Source: Chitinophaga pinensis (lineage in GTDB: Bacteria > Bacteroidota > Ignavibacteria > Kapaibacteriales > Kapaibacteriaceae). From it: DNA of 64,000 nt. Positions within the stretch are counted from its first letter, which is position 1; every line of letters starts with the position of its first letter. The stretch lies in contig CALRYC010000001.1 of NCBI GenBank assembly GCA_943372295.1, positions 99,257 through 163,256 of the forward strand, read 5' to 3'. Under the pieces are notes generated by a model. It was not told where the DNA came from and ran no database searches. It worked only from the letters and a program-made list of their open reading frames with translations. A program made the position numbers and the translations under genes. Of this stretch, positions 12,785-22,102 are shown piece after piece.

Positions 12785-12873
12785 CCGATTGTCATTCCTG
12801 CAAAAGCAGGAATCGATTCGTCATAATTGGGCGTTCAGTCTTATCTTCGCGGCCTTGTCAATCACGCAACAAG

Positions 12874-12960
12874 GGAGAGGTGCGAGAGTGGTTGAATCGG
12901 ACGGTCTCGAAAACCGTTATAGGAGCAATCCTATCGAGGGTTCGAATCCCTCCCTCTCCG
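12874..12960 (+). tRNA. tRNA-Ser (anticodon CGA), type II with a long variable arm
   Basis: Acceptor stem GGAGAGG/CCTCTCC. Anticodon stem-loop ACGGT-CTCGAAA-ACCGT. T-arm GAGGG-TTCGAAT-CCCTC. No encoded CCA. Confidence 0.85.
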
Positions 12961-12969
12961 CACACAAAT

Positions 12970-13053
12970 GGGCGAGTGCTGAAATTGGCAGACAGGCGGG
13001 TCTCAGAAGCCCGTGTTCGCAAGAACGTGTGGGTTCAAGTCCCACTTCGCCCA
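12970..13053 (+). tRNA. tRNA-Leu (anticodon CAG), type II
   Basis: Acceptor stem GGGCGAG/TTCGCCC (one G-U pair). Anticodon stem-loop CGGGT-CTCAGAA-GCCCG. T-arm GTGGG-TTCAAGT-CCCAC. Discriminator A. Confidence 0.8.
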
Positions 13054-13055
13054 CG

Positions 13056-13946
13056 ATGAAGAGCATAACGAGCGGCCTCGGGTCGCTCGCATCGTTTTGG
13101 GCGATTCTTATCGCTCTCGTCATTGGACTTGGTAGGCCCACTGACCTGCCAGCGCAAACGAAACGTCCTAAGGGTTATACTGAAGTTCCGCCGCCAGTTC
13201 TGGCTGCACCAGCTCCCGTAATCAGCGTTGATACGCTGGGAACCTGGCGCCATATCGAACAACGGCGATTGGCTCGATATAAGGTCTCCTTGCCGCGCCG
13301 GTATGATTCGACGGATCGACGCTACCCGGTTGTGCTGCTGCTGCACGGCAATGGTAACTCGCCGCAGATGCTGCTGAGTTGGTTTGGTGGACTTGGGCTG
13401 GACAGCGTGATCGTCGTTTGCCCCGAAGCCCCATACGTGAGAATTCCCGAAACGGTCGACAAACGGCAGGCGGCATATACAGGTGTAGCCGATGCCATTG
13501 CAGCGCCGGATACGCTTCGAGACGAGTCGATCGAACTCACGGCCCGATGGTACATTGACGCGCTCGATGCCGCAATGGGGGAGTTCAGAGTGGACACGTC
13601 GCTGCGTCCGGTCATTGTGGGCTATTCGCAAGGGGGCTTCTTTGCCCACGTGCTTATGACCTTGGTCCCTGAGCGGATCGCTGGAGTGGCCTCGATCTGC
13701 GCCTCGGTCTATCCGCAGTGGAACGTCCTTACGCGCTTTGTCTCCGTACCGCCGCCTCGGCCTGCGGTCTTTGTGGCCCATGGTCTCAATGATTCCATCG
13801 TTCCGATCGGCGTTGGGCGCTCGTATCGGAAGGCACTGGAAACGTCCGGCTTCAGTTTGGTGTTCAGGGAATTCGAAGGTGGTCACTGGCCAACGACCGA
13901 GATCGAACGCGATCTCCGCTCGTGGATCATGTCCATCATCCGCTGA
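13056..13946 (+). CDS. Secreted alpha/beta-hydrolase (esterase/dienelactone-hydrolase-like)
   Basis: GYSQGG nucleophile elbow. The N-terminal hydrophobic segment suggests a signal peptide. The start was moved to the first ATG after tRNA-Leu, because the longer ORF call runs over both tRNAs. Confidence 0.65.
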   Translation: MKSITSGLGSLASFWAILIALVIGLGRPTDLPAQTKRPKGYTEVPPPVLAAPAPVISVDTLGTWRHIEQRRLARYKVSLPRRYDSTDRRYPVVLLLHGNGNSPQMLLSWFGGLGLDSVIVVCPEAPYVRIPETVDKRQAAYTGVADAIAAPDTLRDESIELTARWYIDALDAAMGEFRVDTSLRPVIVGYSQGGFFAHVLMTLVPERIAGVASICASVYPQWNVLTRFVSVPPPRPAVFVAHGLNDSIVPIGVGRSYRKALETSGFSLVFREFEGGHWPTTEIERDLRSWIMSIIR

Positions 13947-14000
13947 CCTTCCGTATTTTCGGCGCAACTACGTCGATCACAAACCAACGTCGCGACACCA

Positions 14001-15293
14001 ATGTCCATACCCGTCTCCAACTCCGCTACCATCGAACGCGTCGAGACCCTGCGTCAGGCCAAGATCCTGCGCGAAGTGCAGGACAAAGACACCGTTGCAA
14101 TGTTCGAAGATCCACTCGAGAACGACATGGTTCTCAACATGGGTCCACAGCATCCGGCCACGCACGGCGTGCTTCGCGTGCTGCTGCGACTCGATGGGGA
14201 GAGTGTCGTTAAGTGCGTGCCAGAACTTGGCTATCTGCACCGCGGCTTCGAAAAGCTCGCCGAGAACTGCACCTATCACGAGTTCATCCCGCATACGGAC
14301 CGGCTTGATTATCTCTCGCCCCTTTCAAACAACGTCGGCATCTGCATGGCCATTGAGAAGGCCGCCGGAGTGGACGTGCCCGAGCGGGCCGTCTGGATCC
14401 GCATGCTGGTGAGCGAACTGGCCCGCATCTCTTCGCACCTTCTGGCTATGGGCGCTACGTCTATGGATGTGGGTGCAATGACGGTGTTTCTGTGGACATT
14501 TACCGAGCGTGAAAAGCAGTACGACCTATTCGAGCGCATGTGCGGCGCACGATTCACGACAAGTTTTGCTCGCATCGGCGGAGTGGCCAATGACATCCCC
14601 GACGATGTTCTTCGTGACACGCGTCTGTGGCTGAATCAGCTGCCGGAGCGCATGAAAGAAGTCGAAGGACTGGTGAACCGTAATCGCATTTTCGTCGACC
14701 GTATGGCCGGTGTAGGGCACATCACGGCGGAAAAGGCGATCGCTCTGGGTCTGACCGGGCCGACGCTGCGAGGCTCTGGTGTGGCTCGTGACCTTCGCCG
14801 TGATCAGCCGTATATGTTCTATGATCAGGTCGAGTTCGATGTGATCACGCGCAACGACGGCGACTGCTATTCTCGCTACATGTGCCGTAATGCAGAGATT
14901 TGGGAGTCGATGAAGATCTGTCACCAAGTACTGGATAAGCTTGAAGCGATGCCACGCTCTTCGGTACTTAACGAAGAGCAACCTCAATCGGTGCTTTCGC
15001 GTAAGGCCAACATCTACACCAAGATGGAAGAGCTGATCAACGACTTCATGATCATCAATTTCGGCACCATGCCTCCGAAGGGCGAAACCTATACGGTCAT
15101 CGAATCTCCGAAGGGCGAGTTGGGCTTTTTCATCGTCAGCGATGGAACTGGTCACCCGTGGAAGCTCAAGATCCGCTCTCCGTCATCATCCAACCTACAG
15201 GCGCTTAAGCATATGGCCGAGGGATCGATGGTGTCGGACGTGGTGGCCATCATCGGTTCGATCGATCCTGTGATGGGCGAAGCCGACAAGTAA
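14001..15293 (+). CDS. nuoD: NADH-quinone oxidoreductase subunit D, stand-alone
   Basis: NMGPQHPATHGVLR and HRGFEKL motifs. No other nuo genes are adjacent. Confidence 0.85.
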   Translation: MSIPVSNSATIERVETLRQAKILREVQDKDTVAMFEDPLENDMVLNMGPQHPATHGVLRVLLRLDGESVVKCVPELGYLHRGFEKLAENCTYHEFIPHTDRLDYLSPLSNNVGICMAIEKAAGVDVPERAVWIRMLVSELARISSHLLAMGATSMDVGAMTVFLWTFTEREKQYDLFERMCGARFTTSFARIGGVANDIPDDVLRDTRLWLNQLPERMKEVEGLVNRNRIFVDRMAGVGHITAEKAIALGLTGPTLRGSGVARDLRRDQPYMFYDQVEFDVITRNDGDCYSRYMCRNAEIWESMKICHQVLDKLEAMPRSSVLNEEQPQSVLSRKANIYTKMEELINDFMIINFGTMPPKGETYTVIESPKGELGFFIVSDGTGHPWKLKIRSPSSSNLQALKHMAEGSMVSDVVAIIGSIDPVMGEADK

Positions 15294-15311
15294 GCCCGCT
15301 GCCGCCGAAAC

Positions 15312-15911
15312 TTATCGTGAGCTCCAGTCGATGATCTGCGCCTCGAGGCGCGACACGTCGGCCTGTGGTGCATCATACATGCCTGCAGATATTCGTTGTC
15401 GAAGTGCCTCGTAAAGCGAGACAGCGCAGGCCACCGAGATGTTCAGAGACTGGATCATGCCGACTTGCGGAATGAGAAAATTCCCATCGGCCTTTTCTCG
15501 TGCCTCGGCCGTTACACCCTCTTTTTCATTTCCGAACACCAACGCTATAGGTTGTGTGAGATCGAGTGCATGAAGTGACACGGCGTCACTCGACATGTGC
15601 GTGGTGAAGATCCGCATGCCCCGGGCACGTAGTGCGGTGTAACACTCGTCAACGCTCTGGTGTAGATGCAGGTCTACCCATTTGCGGGCGCTGGCGCTGG
15701 ACTTTTCACCGAGCTCAGGAAACACCTGATGACCGCTGTAGATACCATGAGCCTCGGCAACGCCGACTGCGTCGCACGAACGGATCACCGCGCTCACATT
15801 ATGTGTGTCGTGGACGTTTTCGAAGACAACCGTCAGCGTCGGCTGACGGTGCTCCAGTACACGGCGTATTCGCAGAAGGCGCTCGGGCGTGATTGACTCC
15901 GGACTAGGCAT
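15312..15911 (-). CDS. SpoU/TrmH-family RNA 2'-O-methyltransferase
   Basis: HNVSAVIRSCDAVGV and LVFGNEKEGV SPOUT motifs. Confidence 0.75.
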   Translation of the reverse strand: MPSPESITPERLLRIRRVLEHRQPTLTVVFENVHDTHNVSAVIRSCDAVGVAEAHGIYSGHQVFPELGEKSSASARKWVDLHLHQSVDECYTALRARGMRIFTTHMSSDAVSLHALDLTQPIALVFGNEKEGVTAEAREKADGNFLIPQVGMIQSLNISVACAVSLYEALRQRISAGMYDAPQADVSRLEAQIIDWSSR

Positions 15912-15916
15912 GGTTC

Positions 15917-17740
15917 TTATTCGTAGAACATGGCGTTGCGCAGTGCGATCTGTTCAGGGGTAGCCGCCGGGTCGTTCTCAAAGAAGTGCTTGTCGATCTT
16001 ATCGACCTGCGTTGCTTGACCCGAGAGTTCAACATCGACGCCGCTTCGGCGTACGACCAGCTTGAGTGTATCGCCATCGGCCGGGCTTCGCAGCTTTCGC
16101 ATCATGGTCCGGCCCTCGGGTGACTCAAACAGCTCCGCCATAGGAACATCATTGACAGATACCAGAAGATCGCCATCCTGGAGCTTCAACGGGTTGATCT
16201 CACCCTCCGGTGACAGGCGCATTGTCGGCTTGCCGTCAACCATCGTGAAGTCAGCGTCGATCGCATAGCCAAGGATCTTTGAGCGTTTCTCTGGGATGTA
16301 CTTCCAGCCGATCAATGGTAGAATTTCTGCAGATGGAATCTGGTTGCGACCCTTGACGTAGGCGTCGAGATATGCTCGTACCTTCGGCCCCGTCACGCGT
16401 TCGATGTGATCAAAAAGGGAATCATCATGAAAGGGGCGATTGGGTCCAAACTCTTTCATAAGGCTCAGCACTACGTCAAGCAGACCCTGCTTGCCCCCTG
16501 AGGCAGACCTCATGACGATGTCCAGGTAGAAGGCGTTCACGGCACCGTACGTGTAGATCTGCGGATACAGTTCCTGATTGGCCTCACTGAGAACGTCGCG
16601 TGAAAACTCGGTAAGCGAGAAGGTCGCCGGTAGGCTGCTGCTGCGAAGCTTGCCCTGCATTTCGCTGCGGAACCGGTCCTCTTTGAGTGTCTTATCGTGG
16701 AGGGGAGCCAGCGTAGCGAAATACTCCGTGGTGCCCTCATATAGCCAGAGGTGCTGCGACATGACCGGGCGACGGAAGTTGAACTCGTGGATCTCGTGGC
16801 TGTGGAGGTTCAGCGGGACCAGGATGTGCAAGAACTCGTGGATGGAGATCTCCGACAATCCGATCGGCTTGCGCTGAAAGCCGAGGAAGTAGAACGAGCT
16901 CGTGTTGTGCTCCAGAGCGCCCATTTCAAATGGTCGAGCCACCTTCGTGCGATCGCCCCTCCAGAGATAGAACAGGAATGCGTACCGACTCACCGGCATG
17001 CTAGGCAGGAACCTAGCGATGGTGGCGCAATGCTTGGCCAGCTCATCCGCGTAGACACGGGCCACGTTGTCACTGCCGCTGTGCGCGCACTGCACCAGCA
17101 CGTCAACACCGGCAACGCGAAAGGTGGCCGTGTCGGGCAGAGAGAAGATCGTCGGACTGTCGACAAGCTCATCGTACGACCGGGCGGAATATGTGTCGAC
17201 CGAATCATTGAGGGTTTGGATCTGCAAAGATGACCCCCCGATGAGATGACGGGGCCGACGCACGGTGACATTGAAGGGGCGCTTCTGCATACCCTCGATG
17301 AAGCAGACGATACCGCCATGATTCAGGACAAAGATGCTGTCTTCCTCGAAGGCCGTACCGGCAGGCGCAAACACCTTGATGCGACCCGTCGTATCGTCGA
17401 ACGAATCGTCAAGCTCATACGACAAATAACGCAGATCCTGCGCTCGGCCTACAACGAACATCGAATCAGCCGAACGATGCACGGGCAGCTCCACCGAGCC
17501 GGAATCATAGGCACGGAAGTTCGACACCATGCGGTGCCAGAAATGCTCCTCATAGGTTCCCGGCACGGAGTTCGTAAACACCCACGTGGCTGTATCGGTG
17601 GTGATCTTGGGCGGGAAGATCATCACCCGAAGCCGATCGTTACGGATTCCTGCCAAGTCGAGATGTACGCGATAGTGATCCTGCGCAAAGCTGCAGGCCG
17701 ATCCGGCGATCACAAGAAGAGCGATGAGAAAATTCCGCAT
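15917..17740 (-). CDS. Secreted M61-like zinc metallopeptidase with a C-terminal PDZ domain
   Basis: HEFLH (HExxH) zinc motif, a PDZ-like GDLLVSVND region, and a signal peptide MRNFLIALLVIAGSACSFAQ. The start was set at that Met rather than the upstream alternative start. Confidence 0.65.
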   Translation of the reverse strand: MRNFLIALLVIAGSACSFAQDHYRVHLDLAGIRNDRLRVMIFPPKITTDTATWVFTNSVPGTYEEHFWHRMVSNFRAYDSGSVELPVHRSADSMFVVGRAQDLRYLSYELDDSFDDTTGRIKVFAPAGTAFEEDSIFVLNHGGIVCFIEGMQKRPFNVTVRRPRHLIGGSSLQIQTLNDSVDTYSARSYDELVDSPTIFSLPDTATFRVAGVDVLVQCAHSGSDNVARVYADELAKHCATIARFLPSMPVSRYAFLFYLWRGDRTKVARPFEMGALEHNTSSFYFLGFQRKPIGLSEISIHEFLHILVPLNLHSHEIHEFNFRRPVMSQHLWLYEGTTEYFATLAPLHDKTLKEDRFRSEMQGKLRSSSLPATFSLTEFSRDVLSEANQELYPQIYTYGAVNAFYLDIVMRSASGGKQGLLDVVLSLMKEFGPNRPFHDDSLFDHIERVTGPKVRAYLDAYVKGRNQIPSAEILPLIGWKYIPEKRSKILGYAIDADFTMVDGKPTMRLSPEGEINPLKLQDGDLLVSVNDVPMAELFESPEGRTMMRKLRSPADGDTLKLVVRRSGVDVELSGQATQVDKIDKHFFENDPAATPEQIALRNAMFYE

Positions 17741-17790
17741 GGTCTGTCGATGGTGGTGGAAAGAGGTATACGCTGTGGGTTTTGACCCGT

Positions 17791-18960
17791 TCAATCATCA
17801 TCAAGTTTCAGCAGTTCTGCACACCGCGTCACAACGCCCCATGACTGCTGCATCGACTCGACAACGCCGGCCATACGCTGTCGGTCATCGGCGGGTATCG
17901 AAGAGCGCACCGCCCGCAGGAGGATGTTCTTGGGAGTGTGCTCGAAGGAGACGAATTCTTCCAGATGCGCAGTGTAGCCTTGTGAGCGAAGAACATCGCG
18001 GCGCATGGTATCGGTCAGAAGATCACCCAACCGCTCGCGGGTGATCCCGTCATCAAGCAGGGGGCGGGCCCACTCCGGAACACGCTCGCGTTGCAGCTGC
18101 GACTGTACATATCTATGACAGCACGGGGCGAGCAGAATGGTGGTGGCGTTCAGGCGCAGCGCAAGCACGAGAGCATCATCTGTGGCCGTGTCGCACGCAT
18201 GCAGGGCAATCAGCACGTCAACGGAAGCATGATCATCGGTCCACGGCGGACGTGATGCGGCGATGGTTGTGCACTCGAAGCTGGCATGCGTCAGCCCGAT
18301 GTGCTTGGCCGTGCGATGGCAATGTTCGATCACATGTTCATTTGCATCAACACCATGAAGATGCACCGTGCACCCGTCACGCTGCAGCACGTAACTCAGC
18401 GCAAGTGAAAGGTATGCCTTGCCGCAGCCTGCATCAAGGATGCGCACCTCAGCACCGGTGATGGACGCTCGTGCTATGTCGATAAGGTGACAGATCTGAC
18501 GGTATTTGTCAGACATTCCCGTGCGTATGGCGCCGGCGGCGTCCGAGATGTCGAGTGCATGCAGAAGTGGAGCATCAGTTATCGGATCAAGTGCGCGACG
18601 CTTCACGCGGTCACGGGTAATGTTGCTCCAGTCGTGTCGGGAGGGTTTGCCCCTCCGCATGGTTCTTTTCCAGGCCCCTTGCTTGAACTTCTGCAGGATG
18701 TGCACGTCTGCCTCGGGGGTCTGCAGCAGGACCTGTCCCCAGCCGTCGTCGAGAAAGCGTTCGATCAGAGATTCCGGTGACTCAACAGCGTCACCGGCCG
18801 GGTCGGTAAATGACTGACGCTCGGTAAACCGCACAATGCGTACCTGCCAACCTCGGGCCTCACGCTCGGCATGAACCACAATACGCGCGTGAACCGCCCC
18901 CTTCGGCGGCTTGGAAAACGTGACGACGCATGCCGTTGCGTCTTTCGGTAGGATTGACAT
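17791..18960 (-). CDS. Class I SAM-dependent methyltransferase with an N-terminal uncharacterised domain
   Basis: ILDAGCGKAYLSL SAM-binding motif I. 389 aa. Confidence 0.6.
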   Translation of the reverse strand: MSILPKDATACVVTFSKPPKGAVHARIVVHAEREARGWQVRIVRFTERQSFTDPAGDAVESPESLIERFLDDGWGQVLLQTPEADVHILQKFKQGAWKRTMRRGKPSRHDWSNITRDRVKRRALDPITDAPLLHALDISDAAGAIRTGMSDKYRQICHLIDIARASITGAEVRILDAGCGKAYLSLALSYVLQRDGCTVHLHGVDANEHVIEHCHRTAKHIGLTHASFECTTIAASRPPWTDDHASVDVLIALHACDTATDDALVLALRLNATTILLAPCCHRYVQSQLQRERVPEWARPLLDDGITRERLGDLLTDTMRRDVLRSQGYTAHLEEFVSFEHTPKNILLRAVRSSIPADDRQRMAGVVESMQQSWGVVTRCAELLKLDDD

Positions 18961-19077
18961 GCGGCAAAGTTAACCGCGGTAACCTCCTCGATATCAATCT
19001 GGGCGGCTGAAACGGCATGGCGATTTACCGTAGTTTTGCGGGCCTTCCATGATCATCAAACGCCATCTTGCACTCAT

Positions 19078-21603
19078 ATGACATCCCGACAGATCCGGCA
19101 GACCTTTCTCGACTTTTTTCGCGAGCGTTCACACCGTATCGTGCCTTCAGCGCCGGTAGTGCCGCATGGCGACCCGACGTTGCTGTTCACGAATGCAGGG
19201 ATGAACCAGTTCAAGGATGTGTTTCTGGGTACCGGAAAACGTGACTATACCCGTGCGGCCGACACACAGAAGTGCATCCGTGTGTCGGGCAAACACAACG
19301 ATCTGGAAGAGGTTGGCTACGACACCTACCATCATACGTTCTTCGAGATGCTTGGCAACTGGAGTTTCGGGGACTACTTCAAGAGCGAAGCTATCGCTTG
19401 GTCGTGGGAGCTGCTAACAGGGGTTTACGGCCTTCCTCCTGAGCGCCTGCATGCAACGGTCTACCGCACCGACGACGAGTCATTAGAGATTTGGAAGCGG
19501 TATCTGCCGGAAACGCAGATTCACCGCTTTGATGAGAAGGACAACTTCTGGGAGATGGGTGAAACGGGCCCTTGCGGTCCGTGCACGGAGATCCACTTCG
19601 ACCGGACGCCGGACCTGAGCGGCGGGCCGCTTGTGAACGCCGGCGTACCGGAGGTGATCGAGATCTGGAACAACGTCTTTATCCAGTACAACCGTAAGGC
19701 CGACGGTTCGCTTGAAGAGCTACCGTCGAAACACGTCGACACGGGCATGGGCTTCGAGCGCCTGTGCGCCGTCATGCAGAAAAAAGATTCTAACTACGAT
19801 ACCGATGTGTTTCGCCCCCTGCTGAGCTATACCGAATCGCTCTGTGGTCGGGAGTATCGACCGGAACTGGATCACCCTGACGGTGTGGCTATGCGCGTGA
19901 TCGCTGATCACATCCGCACGCTTTCGTTTGCCATTGCCGACGGTGCCATGCCGGGCAATGAGGGAAGGGGCTATGTGCTGCGTCGCATCCTGCGTCGGGC
20001 CGCACGCTATGCCCGAAACCTTGGGCTCACCGAGCCTGTGCTGTGGAAGCACGTAGCGATCCTCTGCGATACCATGGGAGATGTTTTTCCTGAGATCGTC
20101 GAGCGTCGAGACCTCATCGAGCGCGTTGTGCGTGCCGAGGAAGAGTCGTTTCTGGCAACGCTTGATCGGGGCCTGCAGAGGTTTGATACGCTTTCGATGG
20201 TGGGCGATACTGTGTCAGGATCGGATGCCTTCGAGCTTTACGACACGTTTGGCTTTCCGCTCGACCTTACGCAGCTGATCGCTCGGGAGCGAGGCTTGCA
20301 GGTAGATGTTGCCGAATATGACCGTCTGCTCGAGGAGCAGCGTGCCCGCTCGCGAGCGGCTCGCAAGTCCCATGCTCAGGAGGCCGTCACCGAGACCATC
20401 GAAGCGGCGTCACGTTTCACCGGGTATTCGCACATAGAGAGTGCATCAAGCATTCTCCATGTTTCAAGGAATACCATTGTGCTAGCTGAAACCCCTTTTT
20501 ACGTCGAGATGGGCGGCCAGGTATCGGATACCGGAACGCTTACGGTAGGGGGCTCAACCTACCGCATCGACGATGTCCGCAAGATTGGCGATGCCATCGT
20601 CCACATCTGCGATGCGGACGTTGACGCCAACGTTGGCGATGTTGCTCTTGCGCGTCTTGACGTGCCGCGTCGGCGCGACATTGAACGTGAGCACTCCGTC
20701 ACGCACCTTTTGCACGAGGCGCTGCGTCGCGTTCTCGGTACTCACGTTCAGCAGTCGGGATCGCTCGTCGAGCCAGAGCGGCTGCGTTTCGACTTTACCC
20801 ATTTCGAGCGTGTTCGGGAAGAAGACATCGAGGCCATCGAGCAGATGGTCAACGAGAAGATTTTTGCTGCCATTCCGGTCCACATCGAAGAGATGCCGAT
20901 CGAAAAGGCTCGCACCGTCCCAAACGTCAAAATGTTCTTCGGAGACAAGTACGGCGATAGCGTTCGGGTGGTCTTCATCGATGAGAAGTTCTCCGTCGAG
21001 TTCTGCGGTGGTACGCATGTGCGCAACTCCAGCGAGATCGGACTGTTCAAGATCCTCAGTGAATCCAGTGTGGCCAGCGGGGTGCGCCGAATCGAGGCTA
21101 TCGCCGGACGCAGCATACCGGTGTGGCTGAAGGATCTCGATCATCAGCGTGCCGGACTTCGTGATGACGTTGCCCGTCAGGTCGAGCGCGTCAAACAGCT
21201 GGAGAAAGAGCTCATGGCTCTTAAGTCCGACGAACTCAAGGGGCTCATCCCGTCGATCGTCGAGGGGGCTGCGAGCGTCAGCGGCATTCGAGTGGCTGTC
21301 GCCCGAATCGATGTGGCAGATGCTGAGCAGCTCAAGACCCTGGGTGATGAGCTGCGCTCGGCGCTAAAGTCATCCGGCGTAGGCCTGCTTGCCTCGGTCA
21401 TTGACGACAAGGTGCAGTTGGTGTGCGTGGTAACCGACGATCTGACCAAGACACTTTCGGCCGGTAAGCTCGTGGGAGCGGCGGCAAAGCAGCTCGGCGG
21501 CGGTGGAGGTGGAAAACCTCACATGGCTACCGCAGGGGGCCGAGATATCTCGCAGCTCGATTCAGTACTTTCGGGCTTCCCAACATTGATCACAAATCTC
21601 TAA
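19078..21603 (+). CDS. alaS: Alanine--tRNA ligase
   Basis: IRQTFLDFF N-terminus, class II synthetase core, and the WSFGDYFK and GGTHV editing-domain motifs. The start was chosen at MTSRQIRQ. Confidence 0.9.
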   Translation: MTSRQIRQTFLDFFRERSHRIVPSAPVVPHGDPTLLFTNAGMNQFKDVFLGTGKRDYTRAADTQKCIRVSGKHNDLEEVGYDTYHHTFFEMLGNWSFGDYFKSEAIAWSWELLTGVYGLPPERLHATVYRTDDESLEIWKRYLPETQIHRFDEKDNFWEMGETGPCGPCTEIHFDRTPDLSGGPLVNAGVPEVIEIWNNVFIQYNRKADGSLEELPSKHVDTGMGFERLCAVMQKKDSNYDTDVFRPLLSYTESLCGREYRPELDHPDGVAMRVIADHIRTLSFAIADGAMPGNEGRGYVLRRILRRAARYARNLGLTEPVLWKHVAILCDTMGDVFPEIVERRDLIERVVRAEEESFLATLDRGLQRFDTLSMVGDTVSGSDAFELYDTFGFPLDLTQLIARERGLQVDVAEYDRLLEEQRARSRAARKSHAQEAVTETIEAASRFTGYSHIESASSILHVSRNTIVLAETPFYVEMGGQVSDTGTLTVGGSTYRIDDVRKIGDAIVHICDADVDANVGDVALARLDVPRRRDIEREHSVTHLLHEALRRVLGTHVQQSGSLVEPERLRFDFTHFERVREEDIEAIEQMVNEKIFAAIPVHIEEMPIEKARTVPNVKMFFGDKYGDSVRVVFIDEKFSVEFCGGTHVRNSSEIGLFKILSESSVASGVRRIEAIAGRSIPVWLKDLDHQRAGLRDDVARQVERVKQLEKELMALKSDELKGLIPSIVEGAASVSGIRVAVARIDVADAEQLKTLGDELRSALKSSGVGLLASVIDDKVQLVCVVTDDLTKTLSAGKLVGAAAKQLGGGGGGKPHMATAGGRDISQLDSVLSGFPTLITNL

Positions 21604-21617
21604 CGAAGGACACTACC

Positions 21618-21992
21618 ATGCCTAACTCCTACGAAGCCGTCGGCACGCTGCATCACCTAACCGAAACTCAGCAGGTGAAGGACACCTTTAAGAAACGCGA
21701 GTTCGTGCTTGAGATCGCCGACGGAAACTATCCGCAGCATATCAAGTTCCAGGTCACTCAGGACCGTTGTGCCCTGCTCGATAGCTACAAGGTCGGTCAG
21801 CAGCTGAAGGTTCTGTTCAACCTCCGAGGTCGCCCATATCAGAACCGCGAAGGTCAGACATTGTACTTCACCAACCTAGAAGCGTGGCGTGTAGAGGCCG
21901 CCGGAGCCTCCACACAGGCAACGCCAGACTACTCGCAGATCACTCCGGCCGAAGCCGGCGCGATGGACGGTACCGACGACGTTCCGTTCTGA
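21618..21992 (+). CDS. DUF3127-family protein with an acidic C-terminal tail ending DDVPF
   Basis: The conserved DUF3127 pattern (KREFVLE...YPQHIKF...VGQQLKVLFNLRGRPY...LEAWRV). The C-terminus is AMDGTDDVPF. Confidence 0.6.
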   Translation: MPNSYEAVGTLHHLTETQQVKDTFKKREFVLEIADGNYPQHIKFQVTQDRCALLDSYKVGQQLKVLFNLRGRPYQNREGQTLYFTNLEAWRVEAAGASTQATPDYSQITPAEAGAMDGTDDVPF

Positions 21993-22044
21993 GGACGCTT
22001 CGCGTAGAGGGGCGCCTTCGGCGCAGAGGGACGCTTCGTACGGT

Positions 22045-22079
22045 GAAACCTGAAACCCGAAACCTGAAACCTGAAACCT
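22045..22079. repeat. Tandem heptamer GAAACCT x5, preceded by CTTCG-centred short palindromes
   Basis: Direct reading: gaaacct gaaaccc gaaacct gaaacct gaaacct. Confidence 0.8.
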
Positions 22080-22102
22080 GTTCAAAGCACTAGCTTTGCC
22101 GC

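Noticed and set aside
12774-13055. N-terminal 94 codons of the 390-aa ORF call 12774-13946
   Set aside because: This stretch runs straight across the tRNA-Ser and tRNA-Leu genes. The real protein starts at the ATG at 13056, right after tRNA-Leu, with a plausible signal peptide.
12874-13946. Integrative element at the tRNA-Ser/Leu locus
   Set aside because: There is no integrase, no recombinase and no direct repeat of a tRNA 3' end downstream. The adjacent genes (hydrolase, nuoD) look chromosomal.
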